Source: Mobula hypostoma
Taxonomy: Eukaryota
Assembly (NCBI RefSeq): GCF_963921235.1
Contig: NC_086097.1
Coordinates: 33,234,001 to 33,298,000, forward strand
Reading direction: 5' to 3'
Length of the DNA stretch: 64,000 bases
Shown: one piece after another, positions 49,988-62,532 of the stretch
Layout: the number at the start of each line of letters is the position of its first letter
Numbering within the stretch: the stretch's first letter is position 1
Notes under the pieces: model-generated
What the model saw: the letters and a program-made list of their open reading frames with translations, nothing else
Told to the model about the DNA's origin: nothing
Database searches by the model: none
Translations under genes and position numbers: made by a program

Positions 49988-50214
49988 GTGGTATATTAGG
50001 GATGGGTTGTGCATTTCAAAGTACAGCTCAGCCTTGGCCTGGTCACTGTTGATTCAGCTGTGTAACTGGCCTTACTTCTACTTTGTTGATTGATTCTTCA
50101 TGGATGCAAGAAGCTTTGGTCTAAGCTCCAGTTTACAATCCCCCCCCCCCCCACTAAATATATGGCCACATTACCTACCCTCTAACTTTATACAAGGAGG
50201 AGGACTAAGAATTA

Positions 50215-50525
50215 AGTATTAGCTCTATTTGTCACACATACATCGAAACGTACAGTAGAAAGCATCATTTGCATCAACGACCAACACAGTCAGCTTATGT
50301 GCTCAGGAGCAGCCTGAAAATGTTGCCACATTTCCAATGCCAGCATAACATGCCCACAGTTTACTAATCCTAACCTGTACATCTTTGGAATCCGGGAGGA
50401 AATCAGTGCACCCAGAGGAAACCCACGTGATCACAGAAGAAGGTGCAAGCTATTTACAGACGTTGGCGGACCCCGATCTCTGGCAGCGTAAAGTGTTATG
50501 TGCTAACTGCTACGCTACATGCTGC
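50215..50525 (-). mobile_element. V-SINE-like SINE
   Basis: Reverse complement of the 8981/28086 family. Confidence 0.75.
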
Positions 50526-51069
50526 CTGAGGAGCAGCAGCCCATCAGCACTGTCAATTAGTTTTCCACAGTGAGTGATAATATATCGTCAGAGAAATTAG
50601 ACAAAGAAATGAATGTTTGAGTGATGGATGGTGTTTTGCTGACTGGGTAGATGATGTCTGTGTCAATCCTATCAAAGCTTTTGTTATTCAGTGTAAGCTC
50701 TAACTTGCTCTATGTGCACAGGCAGTTCCACCATGTATAGTTTCAGGTTCCCTCCAATGCAGGTTTCTCTGTTCTGTTTTTTCAAACCAGAGTGCCAAGC
50801 TGCTTTAAGCAGGGAGCAATGACCTTGGACAAAATTTCTCCCTATCAACTTCATTATTTGAATGGAGGGTTTTGTCAGTTTGTGAGACCGAGTACAAGGC
50901 CACTTCCCACCTGAGGGTCACCCCATGTTCCACTGAGCATATTTGTGCAGCTTGAGTGCTTTTTATTATTTGCAATTCAAAGTGCCAGTTAACTGCTAAA
51001 TCTTTCAGACACTTTCATGACCTGCCCTCACTCTCACATTACACCACCCATCCAAAAATCTTTTCTGTA

Positions 51070-51310
51070 ATTTATTTATTGAGATACAGTATGAAATAAG
51101 CCCCTCTGGCCCTTTGAGGTGCACCGCCCAGCAATCCCTCGATTTAATCCTAGTCACGAAATAATTTACCTACCAACTTGTACATCTTTGGACTGTGGAA
51201 GGAAACCAGAGCATCTGGAGGAAGCCCACATGATCACAGTGAGAACATATAAGCTCGGTACAGGCAACGGCGGGAAATGAACCTGAGTTGCTGCTACTGT
51301 AAAGCATTGA
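51070..51310 (-). mobile_element. SINE (V-SINE-like core, CR1-like tail)
   Basis: tctttggactgtggaaggaaaccagagcatctggaggaagcccac core. Confidence 0.6.
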
Positions 51311-51439
51311 TGGTGTTGCTCCCTGAACATCAGATTACTGCAAACTCAAAACAAACAGAATGGAAATGTAAGTGGAAGAGAGACAGAAACAGAGAAAAAA
51401 AGGAATGCCCTACTATCCAGGCCATGCTCTTTCTTGCTA

Positions 51440-51827
51440 AAGTAGCCCAGTAAGAGGCCTGACCTGAACCCATCCGAACATCTCTGGCAAGAACTCAAGG
51501 TTGCTGTCCACCACCACACTGCAAGTAACCTGGCACAGCTTGAGCAATTTTGCAAGGAGGAATGGGAAAAGCTTGCTCCATTACATTGTGCAAAGCTAAG
51601 AGAGACTTATCCAAAAAGATGACTAGCTGTAAAAAGTAGTTCAACGAAGTACTGAACAAAAGAGGATGAATACTTTTGAACTGCTGACATTTCAATTTTT
51701 GAATTTTTAGTTTTTCACACTTTTCAGTTTTCCTTGTTTTTTGGGCTCTACTGTGGAAAAAGAAAATGAGATTCACAAATTGATCAAAATCCCTGGGTTA
51801 GGGGCTGAATACTTTTACAAGGCACTG
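51440..51827 (+). mobile_element. Tc1 3' fragment (second family)
   Basis: PDLNPSEHLWQELK...LEQFCKEEW; ends aatacttttacaaggcactg-TA. Confidence 0.85.
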
Positions 51828-52901
51828 TATGCATAAAGATTGCTGCAGTTTGGGATTAATAGCAATAAATCCAGTGTCAATTGTTGATTTTAAGTTTGGG
51901 ATGGGTAACCTTTGTTCTGTGGGGATGTGGGAAAAGGCAGGGGACAGCTGTGGATCATCGAATGGCAGAAGTCCAAAGAACTAAATGGTTCTCTCTCTGG
52001 TTCATGCATTCCTTTGCTGACTGACGACTGTCTCTGCTGGTTCACTGGCCTGCTTCAACCCAGGGTCTGTGGAGAGTTTCTCCTGGGACCATCTGTTATG
52101 CTGCTCCTTTTGTTCCTCCCCACTAATTTATCAACAGCTAGTCTCTACCTAATTTATCTGCAGCTGCATTGACACAAGTGTGGAGTGTAGAGACAGAATC
52201 ACAGAACTTCTCAGTGTTGAAGAACAAAAGATAATTGTTTAACCTGAGCCCAGGTTCCTCATGATCTGGAGTCTTGTTGGATGTATCACTTGCTCATACT
52301 TCATAAGTACAGTGAGGCTTTCCACCTCCACCACTCTGTAGATGAAGATTCATTCCTCAGCTCCTTCCTAATCTTTATATTAATGACATGAAATCTTTGT
52401 TCCCCTGTCTGGATGAGAGTAGGTTTCTGTGTTCAGTATTAGTTTAATTAATTCTATGATCTACAAACTCAATTTCAAGAACTCTTTACGACTTATATTC
52501 TCAGTATTATTTTTGTTTGCACAGTCTTATTTTGCACATTAGTGTTTGTCAGTCTCTATATGTATAATTTTTCATAAAATTCTATTGTATTTTTCCGTGT
52601 AAATGCCTACAAAGTAGCATTTGGTAATGGGTATGGTTTTTTGATAATAACTTTGAATTGGTTTGGCATAACATGCTAGGCCAAAGGGCCTATTCCTGTG
52701 CTGTACTGGTCCTGGTCCTGTTCCTGCACTAACCTGGGCACGTCCTTCAGAATGACCACATACAACAGCAGCTTGCATTTTTCCAGCATATTTATAACAG
52801 TAAACTATTCCAAAGTGCCTTACGGGAATGTTGTCAAATGAAACATGATAGCAAAACTCAGCAAAAGATATAGGTCACCAAAGCCTAAAGAGGTTTTACA
52901 G

Positions 52902-53052
52902 AACAGCACACACAAAATGCTGGAGGAACTCAGCAGGTCAGACAGCATCTATAGAGAGGAATAAGGGGTCAATATTTCAGGCTGAGGCCCCTCATCAGGA
53001 CTGGAAAGGAAGGGAAAAGAAGGCAGAATAAGAAGGTAGGGGGTGGAGACAG
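52902..53052 (-). mobile_element. Short PLE terminal insertion with hammerhead motif (52967-53002)
   Basis: Minus strand AGUC CUGAUGA GGGGC CUCA GCCU GAAAUAUU GACC; flanked by TTTTACAGA direct repeats. Confidence 0.75.
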
Positions 53053-53579
53053 TTTTTACAGAGAATCTAAAAGGAGGCAAGAGAGGCTGTGAGGTACAGG
53101 AGGGAATGCCTGAGCTCAGCTCTGTGGAAATCAGAGGTACAGCTGCCAGTAGTGAAATGATCAAAATCAGTGATGGGCAGGAAGCCAAAATCAGAGGAAG
53201 TCAGAGATCTCAAAGGAGGCTAGAACTGGAAGAGATCACAGAGATAGAGATTTGGCCATAGAAGAATGTGCACAGGTTGCAAAGATGCATTTCAGTGGAA
53301 AGGACTGCTGGAAGGTGTACCAAGACCTGTTGCATGAATCCAGTCAAATAGTTAATACATGTATCTAGAAAGAGAATGGTAGCTGTCCAAGGGTAATTTG
53401 CCAATAATTTTCTGCTGTGTTGTTGTGAGAGCGAGTAACAATTCGCCAACAAGGCACCTGAGTCACAGCTTCCTCAGTACCACTGCCTTTGGAGGGTTCA
53501 CACACACATTATATAACTGACTGAGATTCACTACATAGAAGGAAAATGTTTCTGAAGTAGATTGGGGACAAGAAAGTGA

Positions 53580-54745
53580 AAACCAAGGTGTAATGCTGAG
53601 GCTTCATAAGGCATTTGTGAGACAGCACTTGGAGTATTGAGAGCATTTTCGTCCCCCTTCTCTAAGAAAGGATATGCTGGCATTGGACAGGGTCCAGTGG
53701 AGGTCGACAAGAATTACCCAGGAATGAAAAGGTTAATAAGTGAGGAGCATTTGATGGTTCTGGGCTGGAGTTTAGAATAAGGGGAATCTCACTGAAATCT
53801 ATTGAATATTGAAAGGCCTGGATAGAGTGGATATGGTGAGGGTGTTTCCTATAGTGGGAAAACCTAGAATCAAAGGGCACAGCCTCTGAGTAGTAGGACG
53901 ACCATTTACAACAGAGATGAGGAGGAATTTCTTTAGCTAGAGAATGGTGAATCTGTAGAATTTATTGTCACAGAAGGCTGTGAGGGCCAAGTCATTGGGT
54001 ATATTTAAAGTGGAGGTTGATATTTTCTTGATTAGTAAGAGTGTCAAAGGTTACGAGGAGAAGGCAGGAGTATGGAGTTGAGAGGAAAAATAAATCAGCC
54101 ATGATGGAATGGCAAAGCAGGCTTAATAGGCCAAATAGCCTAATTCTGCTTCAATGTCTTATGGTCTTTTTGACTGAGGAATCATAAAAATCAAATCTGC
54201 CTGTGCACCATGATGTGATGATTATTGTGTTCTAGGAGATCAAACCAAGATCGAATTTATACTGTGAATGGTAGGGTCCTGGGGAGAGTTATGGGACAGA
54301 AAGGCCTTGGACTACAAGTACTGTGTTCACTTAAAGTGGCATCACAGGTTGACAGGATGGTGAAATAGTGTTTGACACGCTGGCCTTCATCAGTCAGAGC
54401 ATTGAGTATAGGAGTTGGGTTGTTATACTGCAGTTCCAGCAGATGTTGGTGAGACCACACATGGAGAATTGTGTACTACAGTTTGATCACCCTGTTTTTG
54501 TAGAGCTGTTATTAAACTAGAAAGAGTGTGGAGAAGATTTACTAGGGTGATGCCTGGACTTGAGAGTCTGAATTAGGAGAGGTTGCATAGATTAGGACTT
54601 TATTCCTTGGAATGTAGGAGATTAATGGATAACCTGATGAAGATATATAACACCATGTGAGGCATAGACAGTGCTAAAAACAAGAGGGCAAATGATTAAG
54701 ATCAGATTTAAAAGGGGCATTGGGGACAGCTTCTTTACATTAACA
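53580..54745 (+). mobile_element. Two CR1 3' fragments (53580-54170, 54255-54745)
   Basis: cacttggagtatt and gtgagaccacac motifs; tgtcttatggtct tail. Confidence 0.8.
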
Positions 54746-55479
54746 TGGCTCACCTCCAGCCTTCTAGATATATATTGGACAAGACAGCAGAGTCTCTTAA
54801 AGGTAGAGCCAGCAGCATTTGCTTCATGATTAACTTAACTTGGTGCACAGACAAGCAGTTCTGTCTCAGTCCTGCTGACCTGAGCTGGATCATCTAGCAG
54901 CAAAGTGATGACCATTTTATCTGCCGAATGAGTTTACCGCCATCATCCTGGTAGTGGTGTACTTTCCGCAGCTGGCCAATGTTAGGCAGGCACTAGAGGA
55001 TCTGAGCACCATGATCACTAACCACAAACAGCATACCCTGATGCTTTCCCAATCATTTCAGGGGATTTCAACCAGGGCAGCTTGAAGAAGTCTCTGACCA
55101 ACTACCATCAACATATTACCTGTGAAATTGGAGGAGCCAACGTATTTGACCACTGTTAGACCGCCATCAAAAATGCTTACTATGCTATCCCACACCTGTA
55201 CTTTGGCAAGACCAATCGCATGGCTATACTTCTACTCTGGGCGAACAGGTGGAGACTGTAGTCTACAGCACCAGCGGTGAATACCATGGTCAATTGAGGT
55301 GAAGGAACACTTACAAGGCTGCTTTGAATCAGTGGACTGGACAATATTCAAGGATTCTTCTTCAGATCTGAATGAATATGCCACAGTTGAAGTTATAATT
55401 CCAATTGAATTTATAGATGTAATTGGATGCATATCAGCTCAGGCAAGGTCTGCAGGTGAAACCTAACATCATAAATTGT

Positions 55480-55760
55480 TAATAAACTCTTCTCAGGTTT
55501 CCAGCTGGGTACAGGTATCAATTATAACTGACATTTCAATGACAAACTCTGCCATCTTTATCAGGGATGATGCCTGGGCAGGTCTAGTCCAGTGGTATTG
55601 AAACCCCTGTAGACCGTCCCTCCCGATTGGTTAGTCCTTGCCCAATCAGGTTTCTGCTTTCCCACCTTGCTTACAAGTTGGATGTTTGGAAGTTTACATG
55701 TTTGGAAGCCCGAGAAGAGTTTATTTGTCATATACGCCAGGAAAGCACTAGATTCTTTAT
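55480..55760. mobile_element. Inverted terminal-repeat remnant of a second PLE family
   Basis: aataaactcttctc(a)ggtttcca at ~55481 is inverted relative to tggaagcccgagaagagtttatt at ~55703; cgccaggaaagcac tail. Confidence 0.6.
55526..55568 (-). ncRNA. Hammerhead with long stem II (second family), decayed
   Basis: AUCC CUGAUAA A GAUGGCAG AGU UUGUCAUU GAAAUGUC AGUU. Confidence 0.55.
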
Positions 55761-56534
55761 CATGAATGGTTGTAAAACTTCACTTCCAGATGAGCTCGAT
55801 GTCTTTTATGTACACTTTGAAAGGGAGAATAAAGCTGCACCTTTGCAAATCCTTGCAGCATCTGGTGACCCTGTCTTCACTGATTTAGACGCTGACCTCA
55901 AAACACTTTTCAAGAGAGTGAACCCTCACAGGTCATCAGGCCCTGGTGGTGTACTTGATAGGGCATTGAAAACCTGTGCCAACTGCTGGCAGGACTGTTC
56001 AGGGGTATTTTCCTTAAGAAGGTGGCATTCTCAAATATTTTATTTTTTTCTCTCTCCCTCTCCCCTTCCCCTCCCCCTTTCCCTCCCCCCCTTCTCTCTC
56101 GCGCTCTCCTTTCTCTTCCTCTCTCTCTCTCCCCCTTTCCCCCTCTCTCCCCCTCTCTCCCCCTCTCTCTCCCCTCTCTCTCCCCCTTCTCTCTCTTGTA
56201 ATTTAGTTTCTTAATGTATTGCACTCTACTGCAGCTGCAAAATTAAAAAACAAAGATCACAACATATGTCAGAGATATTAAACCTGATTCTGATTTTGAT
56301 TTAACAGGTGGTGCATATTTGGAATGAGTTGCCCAGAATTGTGGTTGAGGTGGGCACATTAGCCACATTTAAAAACCACCTAGAGAAGTACATGGATAAG
56401 AGAGGTTGAGGTAGCTAGGGGTCCAACATGGACGGATAGGACTAGCTCGCTGGGCAACACAGTTGCCCACAGCATGGATGAATTGGGCTGAAAGGCCTTT
56501 TTATGTGCTGTGTGATTCTATGAGTCTAAAACCA

Positions 56535-57183
56535 AAATTGTTGGTATAGTGGACAGGAAAGAAGGTTGTCTAAGAAGGATCAACTTGGAAAGTGGAGAAG
56601 GTAATAAGAGATGAAATTTATCTTCAACAAGTGCAGAGCAATTCACTTTGGGAAGTTGAGACTGACCAGGTCATATACAGTGAATGGCAAGGCTGTGATA
56701 ATTGTTATTGATCCGGGACTTGGGGTACAGGTACATTGTTCCTTGAAAGTGGTAACACAGGGAGACGAGATGTTGAGGAAGGCCACATCATCCTTGGCTT
56801 CATCAGCTAAGGCATTAAGTGTAGGAGTTGGGGCATCATGTGGAAATCATTGGTGTGATTGCACTTGGTGTGGTGTGTGCAGTTCTGGTTGCACAGCTAC
56901 AGGAAGGATGGCATTAACCTGGAGAGGATGGGGAAATCATTCATAGAATTATTGTCTCGTCTGGAGGGCTTTAGTTATAAAGAGAGACTGAATAAGCTGG
57001 GACTGTTTTCTCTGGAGCAGAGGAGACCAAGGGATGTACTTACAGAGGCTTATAAAGTTTGGAGTTCATAGATAGGGTAAAAAATTACAGTATTTTTCCA
57101 ATATAAGAGAGTCTTAAACTCTCTTATAAGAGAGTTTTTTCCAGTATAAGAGAGGTTTAAGGTGAGAGAGGAAAGATTTAAAG
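56535..57183 (+). mobile_element. CR1 fragment
   Basis: FNKCRAIHFGK, CVQFW, SYKERLNKLGLFSLE. Confidence 0.85.
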
Positions 57184-57670
57184 GTATTGGTATTGGTTTA
57201 TTATTGTCATATGTATGAAGATACAGTGAAAGGCTTGTCTTGCGTACTGTTCATACAGATCAAATCATTACACCCACATTGTGATAGAATGAGGTATAAC
57301 AACAATGCAGAATAAAATTTAAAAGCTACTGAAAAAGTGCAGCACAGGTAAATAATAAAATGCAAGATCTTAACTGGCTAGATTGTGAGGTCAAGAGTCC
57401 ATCTTATTGTGTTGATGCCTGTTGAAGAGACTGATAACTGCAGGGTAGAAACTGTCCTTGAGCCTGGTGGTACGTGCTTTCAGACTTTTGTGCCTTCTGC
57501 CTGTTTGGTGGGAGGGGTCTTTGATTATGTTGGCTTCTTTACTGAGGCAGTGAGCAGTATCGGCAGAATTCATGGAGGGGAGGTAATTTATGTGATGTGC
57601 TGAGCACATAACATAACTCTCCATAACTCTCTACAATTTCTAGTGGTCACAGACAAAGCAGTTGCCCTCC
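57184..57670 (-). mobile_element. Rex1/Babar 3' fragment
   Basis: ANIIKDPSH..GRRHKSLKARTTRLKDSFYP; (tattgg)n tail. Confidence 0.85.
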
Positions 57671-58344
57671 CAGGCCTAGTGACGAAGTGGTAAATTGCCT
57701 AGTTAGAAGGTGGGGGACAATTCTTCCAGCTCAATATAAGTCTTCTAGAGTCAACAAGTTCAACAATTACACATCATAACGATTTTCCCAGTTTTTGTTA
57801 GACACCAGCTGCTGGCAATAAATCTCATGTTAGCAGCGTCACTATCTCTGAACCCACCTTTTGTTCTCTCACTTCTCTCGTATTGGAATTTGTTTATTAT
57901 TGTCACGTGTACCAAGATACAGAGAAAAGCCTGTCCACCTTCTTTTGCCTTACAGTCATCCTATTTGACATGCATTGTTATGTTGGAAGATACGATGTAG
58001 ACGCAGAAGTCAGCACACCTCCCTCAACTCCACTCTGCCATTCAACAAGATCAAGGTTGATCTGATCAGAATCTCAACTCTTTGTTAGTGTATTACAAAC
58101 TCATCTACAGTGGTCTCAGAAATATTCAGAGACTCTGTTTCCTCTACCCTAAGGGGAGGGGTGGAGTTCCAAAGATTTACAACCCTTCACAAATCACACA
58201 AGCATATCCCTATCTCTCTATGTCCCAGCCAACATGTCACCTCATCTCTATGAACACTCCTGTCCACTCCCCTCAGCCACCACCCAGAGTCCACAACATC
58301 CATGACCCCAAATTCTAGATTTTTCCACAATAGGTATCACCCCA

Positions 58345-59390
58345 TCAACACACAAAATGCTGGAGAAACTCAGCAGGGGAAAAAAATAGGTGACATTTTG
58401 GGCTGAGACCTTTCACCAGGACTGTCCAGAATAAGAAGGTGGGAGGGGGAGGAGGATACAAATTGGAAGATGAGGGGGAAGGTGTGTAGGTGGGGGAGGT
58501 GGTGAAAAAAGAAGCTGGAATGAGATAGGTGAGAAAGGTAAAGGGCTGAAGAAGAAAAATCTGATAGGAAATGACAGTAGACCATGGAAGAAAGAGGAGG
58601 AGGAGCACCAGAGGAAGGTCATAGGCAGGTGAAGAAAAGTGGTAAAACGGGAGTCATAAAGTACTACTTACCCTCTCCCCACCTTCTTATTGTGGCTTCT
58701 TTCCCCTTTCCTTTCTATACTGGATGAAGGGTCTTGGCCTGAAATGTCAACAGTTCTGATCACCTCACTACAGGAAGGATGTAGATACTATAGAGAGAGT
58801 GCAGAGGAGATTTACAAGGATGTTGCCTAGATTGGAGGGCATACCTTATGAAAATAGGTTGAGTGTACTTGGCCTTTTCTCCTTGGAGCGACAGAGGATT
58901 TAAGGTGACCTGATAGAGTGTATAAGATGATGAGGGGCATTGATTGTGTGGATAGCCAGAGGTTTTTTTCCAGGGCTGAAATGCCTAACACGAGGGGGCA
59001 TAGTTTTAAGGTGCTTGGAAGTAGGTATCGAGAGGATATCAGGGGTAAGTTTTTCACACAGAGAGTGGTGGGTGCATGGAATGCACTGCTGGCGACGTTG
59101 GTGGAAGCAAATACAACAGGGTCTTTTAGGAGCATCTTATAGGTACGTGGAGCTTAGAAAAATCAAGGGCTATGCGCTAGGGAAACTCTAGGCAGTCTCT
59201 AGAGTAGGCTACATAGTCGGCACAACATGTGGGCTGAAGGGCCTGCAATGTGCTGTAAGTTTCTATGTTCTATCTTCTATGTTCTAACTGTTCATTGATT
59301 TTCATAGATGCTGCCTGACCTACTGAGTTCCTCCAGCATTTTGTGTGTGTTCCTCTGGATTTCCAACACTTGCAGAATCTCTTATGTGTA
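58345..59390. mobile_element. Inverted PLE terminal pair whose plus arm is split by CR1
   Basis: Minus arm 58345-58640 (degenerate hammerhead ~58389-58423); plus arm 58670-58751 and 59286-59390. Confidence 0.8.
58751..59285 (+). mobile_element. CR1 3' fragment
   Basis: YKMMRGIDCVDSQRFF; (ttctat)n tail. Confidence 0.9.
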
Positions 59391-60000
59391 TTCTCTCTGT
59401 CAGTCCTCTCATTCTTCCAAAAGCCAAAAGGTATAAGTCTAAGCTGTCCAAATTTTTTCTCATAAGAGATTGCTTTTGTCATATATTGATTTGTGCTCCA
59501 ATACTGATAAAAGAATAACATTCAGGTGAAAGAAAAACTTGATTTTCAGAACACCTTTCATGGACTCAGAACGTCTTTATATATTCTAAAGCCAAAATTG
59601 GCAGTCATCCATCTCACAAGGTGATGGTTTGCACACTGGTAGTCAGTTCCATGCTGGAGGATGTTAGGTTTGGCTCAGGAGCCCCACATGGGTATGGTCA
59701 TCTCCGCGAACTACAGATGAGATGGTGTAAGGCTTAGTACCTCTGCTTTCCATCAGCCTTCTTCTCTAAGTTCAAAGTCAATTTAATATCAAAGTATGTA
59801 TATGTTGCCATATACAACCTTGAGGTTCATTTTCTTGCAGACATTTATGGGAAGATAAAGAAGTACAATAGATTTTATGAAAAACTGTACATAAACAAAG
59901 ATTGGCAAATAAACGTGAGTGTGCAGGAAATGGAAGGATATAGACAGGGATTAGTTTAGTGGACATTTGATTACTAGTCCACCACGGTGATGCCTGGGTC

Positions 60001-60196
60001 CAAACGCGAGGACGTCCCATTCCCATTCTGATATGTTTATCCACGGCCTCCTCTACTGTAAAGATGAAGCCACACTCAAGTTGGAGGAACAACACCTTAT
60101 ATTCTGTCCGGGTAGCCTCCAACCTGATGGCATGAACATTGACTTCTCTAACTTCCGTTAATGCCCCATCTCCCCCTCGTACCCCATCCGTTATTT

Positions 60197-60239
<43 letters not shown>

Positions 60240-60571
60240 TCTTTTTCTCTCTCTCTCCCTCTCACCCTCTCACTATACTCCTTGCCTCTGGGCTTCCCCC
60301 CTCCTCCTTTCTTTCTCCCCAGGCCTTCCGTCCCATGATCCGTTCGTGTCCCTTTTGCCAATCAACTGTCCAGCTCTTGGCTGCATCCCTCCCCCTCCTG
60401 TCTTCTCCTATCATTTTGGATCTCCCTCTCCCCCTCCTACTTTCAAATCTCTTACTAGCTTTTCTTTCAGTTAGTCCTGACAAAGGGTCTCAGCCCGAAA
60501 CGTTGACTGTACCTCTTCCTAGAGATGCTGCCTGGCCTGCTGCGTTCCCCAGCAACTTTTATGTGTGTTGC
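60001..60571 (+). mobile_element. PLE 3' end with hammerhead (60473-60508, G8>A), preceded by 12 nt of inverted tail
   Basis: caaacgcgagga followed by a GIY-YIG C-terminal remnant; contains (TA)n(TG)n; ends gtgtgttgc. Confidence 0.85.
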
Positions 60572-61099
60572 GAGGTACAATACGCTGTTTGAACAATCTA
60601 AGTGCTGGCCCAGATAGACTGGAATGCAGGGTGCTGGGTGAGGTTGGGTTGCTCTGAGCACCAAGTCGATTTGGACAGGTCGAGAACAGCTTCTCCGGCA
60701 GCGAAATCTAGGCCCAGACTGATTCGCCGCAGCAGGACTGGGTCCTAGTGTGAGGTTTGGTCAATTTAAACACTGGTCCAGATAGCCTGGGGGCTCCTCT
60801 CTCCATGATGCTAAGGCTGTGAGACTGCCCTGGCTGCTGTGCTTCATGTCTGCGAACACTGCGGCAATTTGCCCCGCTAACATGATGAACTGAATACCGA
60901 GGCTTTGGGCTGCTCCAGGGATCTGGATCAATGTGGTTTGGAATGCTCTTCTTGTTCTCACTTCTATTGTTTGCATGATTTGTTTTGTAATTTTTTTCTC
61001 TTTCTCTGTGGGCACAGGGGCTTGGTCTTTTTATATTTTAAATGGGTTTTTTCGGGTTCCTTGCTCTGCTACTGCCTGGAAGCAAACAAGTTTCAAGTT

Positions 61100-61194
61100 C
61101 CACACACAAAATGCTGGAGGAACTCCGCAGGCCAGGGAGTATCTATGGAAAAGAGTACAGTCGACGTTTTGGGCCAAGACCCTTCGGCAGGACT
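61100..61194 (-). mobile_element. PLE terminal module with A6C hammerhead (61159-61194)
   Basis: Minus strand AGUC CUGCCGA A GGGU CUUG GCCC AAAACGUC GACU. Confidence 0.75.
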
Positions 61195-61259
61195 CTGAAT
61201 TTCAGGTTGTATAACTTATACATTCTTTGATAATAAATGCACTTTGAATCTAGTTTAGT

Positions 61260-61790
61260 TTGCCAGACTTAAGAGACTGAGTTATAGTGAGAGAATCAAG
61301 AGTATCAGGGCACAGACGTGAGTATAGTTGCTATTACTATGGAGAAGATGTTTGGGAAGTTCAAAGGTCTGAAGGTAATTAAGTACCTAGACCAGATGGA
61401 CTGCATCTCCGGATTCAGAAAGAGGTAATTGAAGAGATTGTGGAAGCATTAGTAGCGATCATTCAAGAATCATTAGATTCTGGAATAGTTATGGAGGACT
61501 GGGAAATTAAAAATGTGTCTCCACTCTTTAAGAAGGAAGGGGGTCAAAAGAAAGGAAATTTTAGGCTGGTTAGCCTGAGTTCAGTGGTTGGGAAGATGTT
61601 GGAATACATTGTTAAGGATGGAGTTTCAGGGTACTTGGAGGCACTTGAAAACATCGGCCAAAATCAGCAATCGGCCAAAATTCCTTAAGGGGAAACCTTG
61701 CCTGCCTGACAAATCTGTTGAAATTCTTTGAGGAAATAACAGGCAGGATAGACAGACGTGGGTCAGTGAAGGTTGTTTACTTGGAGGAGG
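61260..61790 (+). mobile_element. CR1 RT N-terminal fragment
   Basis: EDWEIKNVSPLFKK...NFRLVSLSSVVGKMLE. Confidence 0.85.
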
Positions 61791-61804
61791 AATTTCTTTA
61801 GCCA

Positions 61805-62240
61805 TTCTGTGGTGTTGTCACCCTCCACTGGTCGAGGCCGACTATGGATGTTGCGCCCAAGCTATCTTTGTTCTATGTGGCTGACGAAACCAGAGTGCCA
61901 GTCTCTGTTGTAGAGGTCGCATTTATAAGTGGTCTCAGCTCTTCTGGAGCTGTAGCATCCCTTTCTATGGGCCTGTTTGTCTTCTGCCACTCTCAGGACG
62001 TTTTCCTCAACTGACTTAAGGTATTGTTTCAGGGTGCTTCTCCATCCGGTGCAGGTTCCTCCCAGGACTCAATGTTGATGTCCAGCGCCTCATGTCCCGC
62101 TTGCAGACATCCTTGTAGCGCAGTTGCAGGCAGCCAGTGGTACTCTTCCCTGAAGCCAGCTCATCGTAGAGGATGTCTTTTGGGATGCAGCCATCCTCCA
62201 TGTGCTGACAGCACATGTGCTACACTACCTGAGCAGAGTA
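61805..62240 (-). mobile_element. RTE-clade LINE 3' fragment
   Basis: MEDGCIPKDILYDELASGK...QLRYKDVCKRDM, typical of the RTE C-terminus. Confidence 0.8.
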
Positions 62241-62532
62241 TGCACGCTTAAGAAGCCAGTACAAGAAAGAACTTTAGCATTTGGTACTCAGTCTTCATAA
62301 AATCATGAAGGGCATTGATACAGTGAATCCTGAACCAGTGTGGATAACTTTAATCACCAGTACTCTGAACTGATTATACGACTCCTACAGACTCACTTTC
62401 AAGGACTCTTATATGAAGTGATCGTTCAATAGTTTCATAACAGCAGGATAGAAGCTGTACTTGAACCTGGTAGTACGAGTTTTCAGGCTTTTGTATTTTC
62501 AGTGCAATGGGAGAGGGGAAAGGAGAGAAAAG

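Larger units (their letters stand above)
54790..56300 (+). mobile_element. Deleted Rex1/Babar (endonuclease region to tail) with nested PLE and CT-rich tract
   Basis: PFYLPNEFT, GDFNQ, FESVDW, LPDELDVFYVHFE; attaaacctgattctga tail. Confidence 0.75.
59975..61250 (+). repeat. Unclassified non-autonomous element (family of 22240-23890) with two PLE insertions
   Basis: Shared aggttgggt.gctctg.gc.c.aag and tttaaacactgg.ccagatag blocks; ctttgataataaatgcactttgaatct tail. Confidence 0.55.

Noticed and set aside
55627..56214. 195-aa ORF
   Set aside because: Chance read-through of a PLE remnant, a Rex1/Babar remnant and a CT microsatellite.
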